Shown here in pieces: positions 10,490 through 20,069 of a stretch of 64,000 bases of DNA. Under the pieces are notes generated by a model. The model was not told the DNA's origin and searched no databases. It saw nothing but the letters and a program-made list of their open reading frames with translations. Where the stretch lies: IMG/VR virus record IMGVR_UViG_3300011724_000025, positions 1-64,000 of that record. One strand, given 5' to 3'. The stretch comes from a virus (taxonomy: Duplodnaviria; Caudoviricetes). The translations under genes were made by a program, and so were the position numbers. The first letter of the stretch is position 1, and every line of letters begins with the position of its first letter.

Positions 10490-10967
10490 TTAACCTCCTT
10501 TCATCATTCAGTAATCGTATTGCCTTATCAACATTCTTCTGTTGGAGTCCTTTATTAAACGATGTCTGAACCAATCTATCCATGAACGGCTTCATATCCG
10601 TATCATCATCTATGATGATAAACGACTCTACCGATTCGCCACTCCAATTACCCAGCCATGACTTGATTTCTTCACCACGATACCCGCTTGCAAGCATTGG
10701 AGTCCGCGAAATGAATGTAATACCATACTCATTTAATTTATCTTCTAACTTAGTAAAATCCTCTGCATTTCTGCTATGTACGTCGTAATCTCTATCAAAC
10801 CAACCGATTCGCCATGTGGAAGACAGTACTACTTCTGCACCCGTGGCATCAATAATTTCTTTAAGAAGTTTAATGCGATTATCGTTTACAAAATATAATC
10901 CTCCGATTTTATCTCGACAGCCATTAAAATTAAGCACTCCGTCAATGTCTAAAAATATAACCTTTAT
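10479..10967 (-). CDS. HAD-family phosphatase (RNA-repair 'Swiss army knife' type); ATA/ATT start
   Basis: IFLDIDGVLN lies upstream of the track start; VLSSTWR, RGEEI, IIDDD. Confidence 0.82.
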   Translation of the reverse strand: MKVIFLDIDGVLNFNGCRDKIGGLYFVNDNRIKLLKEIIDATGAEVVLSSTWRIGWFDRDYDVHSRNAEDFTKLEDKLNEYGITFISRTPMLASGYRGEEIKSWLGNWSGESVESFIIIDDDTDMKPFMDRLVQTSFNKGLQQKNVDKAIRLLNDERRLNGR

Positions 10968-10976
10968 AATGTCACC

Positions 10977-11222
10977 TCACTTCTTGTGTCCAGGACAATT
11001 ACTCTCGTAGGCTCTAATGAAATATTCAACTCCATTTTCTTCAGTTGTTATTTTGCATTTACACACTGGACACCATATGAATTTCTCATATAATCTTTTA
11101 CCAAAAATATTCCAACCGGTATTTTGAATTCCTTCGTCAGATTTATTAAATTCAATCTCTGATTTGCAGCTCGGACAAATGGCTCTTGTTAAATAGTTGT
11201 TGCCATATTTTATAATTTTCAT
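10977..11222 (-). CDS. small zinc-ribbon protein
   Basis: CPSC...CPVC. Confidence 0.65.
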   Translation of the reverse strand: MKIIKYGNNYLTRAICPSCKSEIEFNKSDEGIQNTGWNIFGKRLYEKFIWCPVCKCKITTEENGVEYFIRAYESNCPGHKK

Positions 11223-11564
11223 ATTTTCTCTCTTTCCGCAATTGAAAGTCCAGTTTCATGTTATTTATTATTTTTAGGAGGATACTTATGATTCCCACAA
11301 TAACATCTTTCTTCTTTTACTAATCCACAATCAGGACAAAATATTTCGTCATATACTCTTCCTTCATAATCATCAGAAGTTTGATTACCAGTCCAATATG
11401 CATTTTCATGATCGCATTTATGTTTTAGTAACTCTAATTCACTTTCTAGTCTGACAAATTCATGATGAGAATCTTTTATTTTATTCATTTCTTTTAAAAT
11501 TGATTCTCTAGATTCTTTTATACTCATAATACCTACCTCCTTTATATGAATATATCTATGTTTA

Positions 11565-11945
11565 TTATAATTCTGTAGAAGGTTCTCTATAAGGTCTAGG
11601 CATCGATTTCCATGCAATTACCTCACAGTTTATTGCCACATTAGAATATTCATCCCAATGTTCAATAACCTCATACCAGCCATCCCTTGCATAATATGTA
11701 TCCTCATTCTCGTCATATACATCTAAATCATCGTTATCACAACTACTCCACAAATCTTCTGATTTAATAGCATGGGGTGGTATATATATGGCTTTACATG
11801 TTCCATATCTATATTTTTTGCTATATTCCATATATTCTCTAAACGTAATCAAAACATCTGTATTAGCATCAGGTAATCTCTCATTTACTGAAACCCATTT
11901 GATTTCTCTCATAGCCGACAAAGCACAATTTACCATTTCACACAT
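11565..11945 (-). CDS. DUF551-like protein (start may lie upstream)
   Basis: WVSVNERLP...VIAWKSMP. Confidence 0.75.
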   Translation of the reverse strand: MCEMVNCALSAMREIKWVSVNERLPDANTDVLITFREYMEYSKKYRYGTCKAIYIPPHAIKSEDLWSSCDNDDLDVYDENEDTYYARDGWYEVIEHWDEYSNVAINCEVIAWKSMPRPYREPSTEL

Positions 11946-12048
11946 CTCTCCATTATGCTGAGTCGTATATCTCTTTTATAACCCTTCAAAATGTTTTATG
12001 GATTTTTCTAAATAAATCATTTAGTTCCTCTCCTTTAAAATCCCAATT

Positions 12049-12579
12049 CTATTTATAGTTACCAATACAGTTTTGAGCGAATCCAATGATGTCATATAAA
12101 TATGGCTGGCTTCTGTTTAATACACATTTTGCTATTCTGCATTCTGAGGCGAAATCCTCACGTTCAATTTCCTCTATCCATTCGTTCCAGTTTTTATTTA
12201 TCATATCGCAGAAGATGTTTCCACTTCCTCTTAAGTAACATCTGCCAACCCATTCCGCTTTCATTTCTTTTTTATCTGGATACACCATAACATAATTTAT
12301 TCCTGCTTTTTCCAATGCGGATCTAACTTCTTTATGACTACTAACAAAAATCAAATCCGTTTTGCCAATATTTTCTTTAATATGTTTTATATAGTTTGTA
12401 GGGAATTCTGGATTTCTATATTTCTCGATCTTGTCTGACTCAGCAGGATTGTAGTCGTAGCACCAACTAAATTTGCTACTATCACTATCCAGTACAGAGA
12501 ACCCATCTTTCTTTAATGTATTATAGGCATATGTTTTACCGCAAGCAGGAAATGCACTAATTACAACTGTCTTGTTCAT
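12049..12579 (-). CDS. P-loop kinase-like phage protein
   Basis: SAFPACGKT, DSDSSKF. Confidence 0.65.
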   Translation of the reverse strand: MNKTVVISAFPACGKTYAYNTLKKDGFSVLDSDSSKFSWCYDYNPAESDKIEKYRNPEFPTNYIKHIKENIGKTDLIFVSSHKEVRSALEKAGINYVMVYPDKKEMKAEWVGRCYLRGSGNIFCDMINKNWNEWIEEIEREDFASECRIAKCVLNRSQPYLYDIIGFAQNCIGNYK

Positions 12580-12790
12580 TATTACTAACCTCCCTATAGC
12601 TTGGACTTAATTTTTCTTTACATACTGGACAAAATATTCTTTCTACAACCTCATTATATTTACTCCCATAAAAATCAATTTTTTGTTCATTTACTTCTTG
12701 CACATCAGACAGTGTATACTTAAAATCGCTTTTACACTTATAGCAATACAACTGAAAAATTTTATTATTCCCATTTTTTATTATCTTCAC
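12557..12790 (-). CDS. small zinc-ribbon protein, paralog of 10977-11222
   Basis: MKIIKNGNN...CYKC...CPVC. Confidence 0.65.
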   Translation of the reverse strand: MKIIKNGNNKIFQLYCYKCKSDFKYTLSDVQEVNEQKIDFYGSKYNEVVERIFCPVCKEKLSPSYREVSNNEQDSCN

Positions 12791-12839
12791 TTACTTATCC
12801 TCCTACTTTACAAACGAAACTTCCGTTTCAACCTTTGCT

Positions 12840-13103
12840 TTACAGTCTCCACAATCCTCTTGGAAACAATCTGTCTAGTGGGTATGTAAGATTATTTAGA
12901 AACATTGGCTCATCGTAGTCATCGGTAAATTTCTTCAGCAGTTCTGTAAAATTATCATAGGCCGCCACAACTTCATCTTTGCGTTTGTTCTTTTCAGCAA
13001 TCAGCTTTTCTCTTTTAGTTTTCTCTTCATTTAAAACTTTCTCGTGTTCCAAACATTCCTGTTCTGAATTAAATACTTTGTTATCATCTGAAATATATCT
13101 CAT
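12840..13103 (-). CDS. hypothetical phage protein
   Basis: YISDDNKVFNSEQECLEHE pattern, SD. Confidence 0.65.
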   Translation of the reverse strand: MRYISDDNKVFNSEQECLEHEKVLNEEKTKREKLIAEKNKRKDEVVAAYDNFTELLKKFTDDYDEPMFLNNLTYPLDRLFPRGLWRL

Positions 13104-15321
13104 ATTATCTATCTCCTTTCATACCATCTAAATTTAATGACTTCTCGCAAAACAGTTTAATATCATCAATGCTCTTACCTTCGTTACACATATTCAATAC
13201 GGCTCCTAAAATACCGGTAGCCCATGCTCTCATACCGGCTAATCTAACTTTATTCACAGTATCTTCTGCTGTTTTCTGAAATAACTTTTCCGAATTTTTA
13301 TTACTCATATTATTTTCTCCTTTTGAAATGTAGATTTTAATGTTACTTATCTTTGTCTTTTTTATGAGTTTCTTTATATGCGTCGCATATCATTTCAACA
13401 CATGCACCTGTAACTAGAATTGCAATTATGATAATCCAACCTAAATTACTCATTTATTTACCCCTGTTTTCATTTATTTCCTCCGATCAAACTTAAAGTC
13501 TAGTCGCAATTAAAATTCCAACAGCAATCACTATCTGAAACTTCCTCGATTCTAAGATTTGTATGACCTTCAATAATTCTTTTGTCGTTTTCAGTTGGAT
13601 TATTTATCATTCTTTCTAATGCTACATTCGCATCTTCCAACGATTTACCGCATACACAAACCAAACAATCATCAAATCTTTCCGTATCACCTTTTATAAT
13701 ATATTCTATTTTGGCTCACCTCTTTTCATATTGAAAGTATTATTTTATTTCTATTTCTCCAAATTTTAATCCTTCACATATGGCTATCCTGATTCCCTGA
13801 TATGTCGTAAACCCATTTGCGTATATCGTATAGCCATTTTTAAATTCAGATTCAATAACATCATTTGTTTCCTTATTCATTATTAAATACGAATTTTCAC
13901 GGTAATATGGTGTTAATTTAAAATTAGAAATCAAATGGTTTAAAACATTAATATCTATACTATTTTTCACAATATTAATCATATTAGTATTCTCCTATAT
14001 TCTGAATGAATCGTTACTTTCATCTGCTTAAATGTCCCTTAATTTCTTCAATTTTCTTAATCACTGGTTTATATTTTTTATCTCCACGCCTAATATCAAC
14101 CACCCTTTGTAATTCAGATTCAAGAGTACTAATTTCTTGATCCGTATACCATGTGTCGCTGTACTGAACAATATTACCAACAGTACCATCACTACAAATG
14201 GCGAATGTGTAATAGTCAACTCTATACATATTTAAACTCCTTTTCTTAATGAATCCTCTCTTTTATCTTATAAATATCAGTTTTGCTGTCCAAACAGTTC
14301 TATACTCTTCTGATGCAAAAACTCAATATCTTCTGCCCCAAGGCAAGTAATTTCTGTTTGCCAATGGCCGTATGTAGCGGAATAAGCATCTTCACCCATT
14401 GGTTCTAAGGTCGGCTCATCAGTTCTGTGAAACATCATTAAGCTGATATCAACCGTCTTTGTCTCCTTGTTGAAGATCATGCTCAACTCAACTCCACCGT
14501 CTTTATGCTTGTAACAAACGAGTCTTTCTGTTTCGCTATATTTATCTTTCTCTGTCATGATTAATTCCTCCTCAAAATCCTAATTTTTACAGATTGTTCA
14601 CGCTTTTATTGTAAATGCATATATTATTGTTACGAACGATTATCAAACGTAGGGGGAAGCTCCTTTCACAGTAAGGCTACCTCCTTATTACACTTCGCCC
14701 TGCTCCCTGATATGAAGTTCTGTAGCACTTACTGATCATGATCGTGTTGTTTACTCCAGGGGGGCGAAAATCTATGATTTTCACCCCCTTAAGTTAAATA
14801 CTAATTCACCTGCTGTTTTATAAATCTCCGAATCAGCGCATAGTCCTTATCCATAACAGATAAATGTTCCTTCGCTGCTAGCTTGCAGTATATAATCACA
14901 GTATCCTTATCCTTTCTTGCACGCAAAACCTCATAGGGATTTTTACTTGTTGCAAGGATCATATATCCTTGCTTTTCCAGCCAGATTTCTAATTCTTTAA
15001 GTTTACTCTTGTGCAGCAACGCCCTTGTAGCCATACCTCAATACCTCCAATCCTAATTTTCCCAACGAATCAGAAACGCATTTCCATCCCTCTGGTTTGA
15101 ATGATTCTCAACCACATACCCCAACCGTCTAAGTGCAGATAGAGCCTGCGGGTGCAAATATCTATCGCACCAGCATTTTGTTTCACCTGCATTTACCGCA
15201 TTTCTGATACAATTTTCTGCGATTCTCAATTCTTCCTTGGTATCATCACTTATAGATTTAACCGCTGCTTCTCTTGCTTCTCTTGCTGTCAACATATATT
15301 CTCCCTCCTCAAAATCCTAAT

Positions 15322-16206
15322 TCAACTTCCTTTTTCTGCTATCTTTTGGATTAAAAATGTAACTGTTTCAGCTTGTGTATGTGAATCATCTGCATATTTA
15401 ATAACATCATCTGTTAAAAAATTTTCGTTTACACTATTCATGTATGTTTTAATCATTGAGACTCTTTCTTGTAATTCATAAGTTTTAAATTCAGATGTGC
15501 GCTGGAATCTTCTTAACAGCGCCTTATCTAACCGATCTATTCTATTTGTTGCAGCAATAATTATCTGCCCATCAATGAGTCCATCCAAAGCTTGCATTAA
15601 TGCTATCGTTGTTCTTCCAAGTTCACCATCACTACCACTATCATTCCCGCGAGAAATGCCAATACAATCAACTTCGTCAAGCATCAAGACACATTTTTGT
15701 CCTTTACAATAATCAAATATTCTTTGCAAATTTTGCGAAGTCTTTCCCATATATGACTCAATAAGGTAAGAAAAATTAACATATGCATAAGGTAAACCTA
15801 ATTTATATGCTGTATATTTTGCAAATTCTGTTTTCCCCGTTCCAGGAATTCCATATATTATCGTGCTATTTCTATACGGAATTCCATATTCCAGAAGTTT
15901 TGTAGTTACGTTTACACCCCTGTCTATTTCTGAAAATAATGCTTTTTGCTGATTTCCCAAATAATATCTTTTTTCATTAAAATCTGAAACATCTAGTATG
16001 TTAAGAAGTCCTTTTAAATTCGGAGGTAACTCAAACATATTTACTGATCCATTTTCTAACAACCTTTTATAATAATGGATTTTTCCTTCGTTCTTTTTAG
16101 TTCCATCATTTATGCAGCAATGTATAGCAGCGTTTTTTGCATCTTGGATTCTATTTTCTGCTAATGCTTTAATTAACTTCAGCATATTATCGTCTAATCC
16201 TGCCAT
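15322..16206 (-). CDS. AAA+ ATPase
   Basis: GIPGTGKT, LMLDEVD, AATN..DRLDKALLRRF. Confidence 0.88.
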   Translation of the reverse strand: MAGLDDNMLKLIKALAENRIQDAKNAAIHCCINDGTKKNEGKIHYYKRLLENGSVNMFELPPNLKGLLNILDVSDFNEKRYYLGNQQKALFSEIDRGVNVTTKLLEYGIPYRNSTIIYGIPGTGKTEFAKYTAYKLGLPYAYVNFSYLIESYMGKTSQNLQRIFDYCKGQKCVLMLDEVDCIGISRGNDSGSDGELGRTTIALMQALDGLIDGQIIIAATNRIDRLDKALLRRFQRTSEFKTYELQERVSMIKTYMNSVNENFLTDDVIKYADDSHTQAETVTFLIQKIAEKGS

Positions 16207-16394
16207 TTATTTTTCTTTCCTCCTGTAAGTATCAGTTTACGGTATCTACTGATTGAATCTCTCCAACCGTCTCAATCGCACCCAAAGTATTATTAACTCC
16301 CATATCATAAGCTTTCCGCTCGGTTTTGGTCATTCCTTTGGTGTCTGAATCAATAGTCACGTTTATGAGGTTCCTAACGTCATTCAAGATTTCT

Positions 16395-16781
16395 TTAATC
16401 ATTTTGTCTTTCCTCCTTAAAATCCCCTCTGGTTTCCTGTCCCTGCTGATATGGCTGGTGGACTTTCCATGCCACTACATCACCTTTAAAACTCCGGTAC
16501 CGCTCATCAAACCATTTGCCCCCATCAAAGTACCCTATGAAGTACTCGATTGTATCTGTTTGCACTGCGATCTCCAACCTACGGAAGTATTCACCGTCTG
16601 CCGCAAAAGCCGCATATTCTATCTTATCTGGCAATCTTTCTGATACAGGAATCCACTGATAGTTTTTGATCTCGTTTTGTGCAGCTTCCAGATATGTAAT
16701 TATTCTTTCTCCGTCAATAGTAGCTTTTACCAGCCCTATCTTAATCCTTGAAAGCCCATCTAATAATTTTTCAACTTTCAT
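16395..16781 (-). CDS. DUF551-like protein
   Basis: WIPVSERLP...VVAWK. Confidence 0.7.
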   Translation of the reverse strand: MKVEKLLDGLSRIKIGLVKATIDGERIITYLEAAQNEIKNYQWIPVSERLPDKIEYAAFAADGEYFRRLEIAVQTDTIEYFIGYFDGGKWFDERYRSFKGDVVAWKVHQPYQQGQETRGDFKEERQND

Positions 16782-17136
16782 TATCTTCCTTTCTCCCGGT
16801 ACTACAGGATATACTAATTTTATCCGCTAACTCCAATGAGAACACAACCCTAGATGACAAGCATAATCAATTACGTTCGTCACAGATATTTCTAAGTTCC
16901 ATGCTGCCCTCTGAGGATTAAATGATTTATGGTCTGGACTATCAAAACTATGTATTACAGATAAAAACCTATCTTTTCCTCCACAAGCTTTCTCAATTTC
17001 TGTTATATACTCGTCACCCCATAAATCCCGTTTGTCTCTCACAATACCCATATCAAGAACTCCTTAACTCCATCTTGCATCATATTCATATATCATTCCT
17101 TTTTTAAACTTTGGTTTACCAATTGAAATCGTCATT

Positions 17137-18195
17137 TCATCCTACTGCTTTTACTCTCATTTCTCCTACACTACAGTAAGGTTCTTCTTCAGTATTCATC
17201 AATTCAACGTTTATGTATCTCAATCCATAACCATCATTTTTGTTGAGTTCTTCGCAAGCTACAGCATGAGTGCAGCTACCCGCAGTGATATCAATGGTCA
17301 TTCCGTTAATTGGAGTAAGTAATTTAATCAGCCATTTAATTAATTCAACAGGTTTTGGTGTTACATGTGGATTACGCTCTCCATTAGGGAGTTTTCTTTC
17401 TGAAGGAGATATCTTTGGTTCATATTTGATAACAGTAAAATATTTGCTTCCATCTTTTATCTGATCATCTAACAATTCCGCGGCAAACTCATCCACAACA
17501 ATGTTTGACGGAAACCTTCCCAACTCATTAGGAGGCATGGCCTTATCTTCTGCATACTTACCGTAGATACGGTCATCTCTATCTGAATAATTAGTGGTTG
17601 GTGTTTTAGATGCTTTGGCATTTAGCATATCAACATCTTCCTTAGATATAGGAACTCTGCAAGAGTCAATATTCATTCCACCGCAGTCGTACTTCTCAAT
17701 ATTTTGGACATATGTACCTTCTAATGGCTTCTGGAATATTGTGATAGGCTCATGTGCGGGCTTCAGGCCAGAAGTCTTCCAGCCACTCCATTTCTTTGCT
17801 AATTCTACTATATTAGCTTTATCAAAGAGCTTACCTATATCTTGATTCTTGGGCATTCCAGTAAGATAGATCCAATCAATCTCTTCGACAATCTTAAATC
17901 CTGAATCTTCAAAGGCACACTTCATTCTATGATTTGTCTTTGGGTGTCCAAATATCGCTACATATCCTCCAGGTTTCATCACTTTAAGTAGCTTTACTGC
18001 TCTCTCTTTATTCCATTGATAGAAGTTTCCAGTGTTGTCCCACTTTTTACCCATAAAGGATAAATCATATGGAAAATCAGAGATGCAACTATCAACCGAG
18101 TTGATTTTTAATGTATCTAATACATCTAAGTTATTACCATTAATAATGTTTCCATTATTCGTATGTAAAATTGTCTCTATAATTTTTACCTCCAT
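17137..18195 (-). CDS. orphan DNA amino-methyltransferase (beta class)
   Basis: Motif IV variant SDFPY, LKPAHEPI, HVTPKPVEL, motif I-like DITAGS. Confidence 0.82.
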   Translation of the reverse strand: MEVKIIETILHTNNGNIINGNNLDVLDTLKINSVDSCISDFPYDLSFMGKKWDNTGNFYQWNKERAVKLLKVMKPGGYVAIFGHPKTNHRMKCAFEDSGFKIVEEIDWIYLTGMPKNQDIGKLFDKANIVELAKKWSGWKTSGLKPAHEPITIFQKPLEGTYVQNIEKYDCGGMNIDSCRVPISKEDVDMLNAKASKTPTTNYSDRDDRIYGKYAEDKAMPPNELGRFPSNIVVDEFAAELLDDQIKDGSKYFTVIKYEPKISPSERKLPNGERNPHVTPKPVELIKWLIKLLTPINGMTIDITAGSCTHAVACEELNKNDGYGLRYINVELMNTEEEPYCSVGEMRVKAVG

Positions 18196-18220
18196 ATCTT
18201 AATTAAACTCTGTTTCTATT

Positions 18221-18796
18221 CTAAAAATAGAACTTATAGTCATAATCTTTAACTTGTTCTCTACTCCACTCAACATCTTTTTCATCAGAATATTTTAACA
18301 ATTCTTTTCTCTTTGTTAGAAGCTCCGGATTATCTTTTAAATATAAAAGAAAGTTATAAAACGACTCTAACCGACTAATGTAATCTTTCTCGTTAAAATA
18401 CTTATCAAACCTCACACAGAATTGTATTTCATTCATCTCATTGTGGTTAATTAGATCTGATTTTGTATAGTTCAGATAAGACAAATACTCACTCTCATCT
18501 TCACCTTTTTTAAATGATTCGTATATATGGAAATCTAGTTCTTCACAAATCCGCTTCATCTTGTTAAATAAAACTAACACGTCGCCTTCCATAATATAAA
18601 AATCATTTTTATCGTAGTATGTGTGATCTTCGCCATCTTTGAGTCTCTCAAAACACGCACTTCCCCTATATGCCGTGCTACCAATGTCACCTGGTTCAAC
18701 TTCACATTTTCCACATTTGCACTTCGTAAATTTCCCGGATTCTGCCCGAAAAACATCTCCACATTCTTTACATCTAAAGTTAGCTACAGTTTTCAA
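18221..18796 (-). CDS. hypothetical protein with N-terminal zinc finger
   Basis: CKECG...CKCG. Confidence 0.6.
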   Translation of the reverse strand: MKTVANFRCKECGDVFRAESGKFTKCKCGKCEVEPGDIGSTAYRGSACFERLKDGEDHTYYDKNDFYIMEGDVLVLFNKMKRICEELDFHIYESFKKGEDESEYLSYLNYTKSDLINHNEMNEIQFCVRFDKYFNEKDYISRLESFYNFLLYLKDNPELLTKRKELLKYSDEKDVEWSREQVKDYDYKFYF

Positions 18797-20069
18797 TCAA
18801 TTCCTCCTCGTCCTACAATCTGGAAGAATAATACTCTTCCCATTTTTCGTCCCAATATGGTTCAACAACATTTTCATAATATCCTTTGCAACACGTTATG
18901 TAATTTGATTCTTCATCTTTATACATAGTTCTCATATGGTATCTCTTCGGATATTTGAATAATCTAAATTTACAGTCCCCACAACCGTCACAATATCCTA
19001 GAGTTCTTTTGATAAAATTAACGATATTTTTCTTTATTTTAAATCCTCCATTTCTCAGCAAACTTTAATTTTATGTACGCTAATTGCAGGTGATGTAATC
19101 ACCAGATAAAAGCGGAGTTTCATTTCTATTTATATTTGATTTTTACGTGTAGTGTCTGTATTAACAAAATAACAATCTGCCAAATCGTTATTTTGATAAA
19201 TATCATCTATCCCATCTATCTTGGAAAGGTTCAATTTTTAACTCCATAAAGGCAGTTGTAAACTCAGGAATATTCTTTCCTTTTATTACCTCAATTTTCT
19301 TATTACCTGTAGGGAATTTTCTTGTCACTAAATATCGTTTATTATCCTCCAATAACTCAGATGTGAAACTTCGACTAGAACAATAAGTAGAGATCCATTC
19401 TTTTTCAGTAAAGTCAATCACTACCCCATTATCAAGGTTCAATCTTTGCTTGTCTCTTTCAGCCACCTCTATTTGATAGAGTAACTTCTTATAACGACTC
19501 GTAAAGAACCACTTCAAACTTGTCATTAATTTCCTCCTCTCATTAACTTAGATACCAGTGAACCGAAGAACCAACCATATCCACCACAACCGATTAAGTA
19601 CATTACAATTGCACCTGGCTCACACTTGCCAATTCCGTTTGTTCCAAGACCGATTATTATAAAAAAGTACAATCCTAAGAATAACAGTGTCAATAGTGAC
19701 ATTTTAAGTATTCGCTTCATTTTTCTCCTTTCGTGAAACTCGTATTTTATCTATACAATCTCATATTCTATGTCCAGTTCTCCTGATACAACTTTTAACA
19801 ACTTCACACCTATTCCACAGTTTCCATTACAGTCTTTTGGGTCGATATAAGTTATTTTGACTATAGCACTTGTTTCTTCTCCTATAAATTTTATACTATC
19901 GCCTACGGAGAGTGTATCGGCGAGACAATGCCCTAATATAGCATAATTACTCTCGCCCGAGCAGATTCTATTAAGTAGACTGGTATTGTAGAAAAAAGTA
20001 GCTCTTTTTACTTTCATTTGCTTTCCTCCCACAAAGTAAGTATTTCTTTGTCGTTTACTAATTCTCCAT

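Larger units (their letters stand above)
14271..16822. repeat. cluster of 14-bp junction sites (class B; minus strand TRAA/AAAA-YTRRKA-TTTW)
   Basis: Starts at 14271 TAAA-TATCAG-TTTT, 14574 AAAA-TCCTAA-TTTT, 14795 TAAA-TACTAA-TTCA, 15047 CCAA-TCCTAA-TTTT, 15311 AAAA-TCCTAA-TTCA, 16226 TAAG-TATCAG-TTTA, 16807 GGATA-TACTAA-TTTTA. Confidence 0.75.

Noticed and set aside
17137-18195. Methyltransferase as part of a restriction-modification system
   Set aside because: No adjacent endonuclease; orphan phage MTase, and the DFPY variant alone does not show inactivity.
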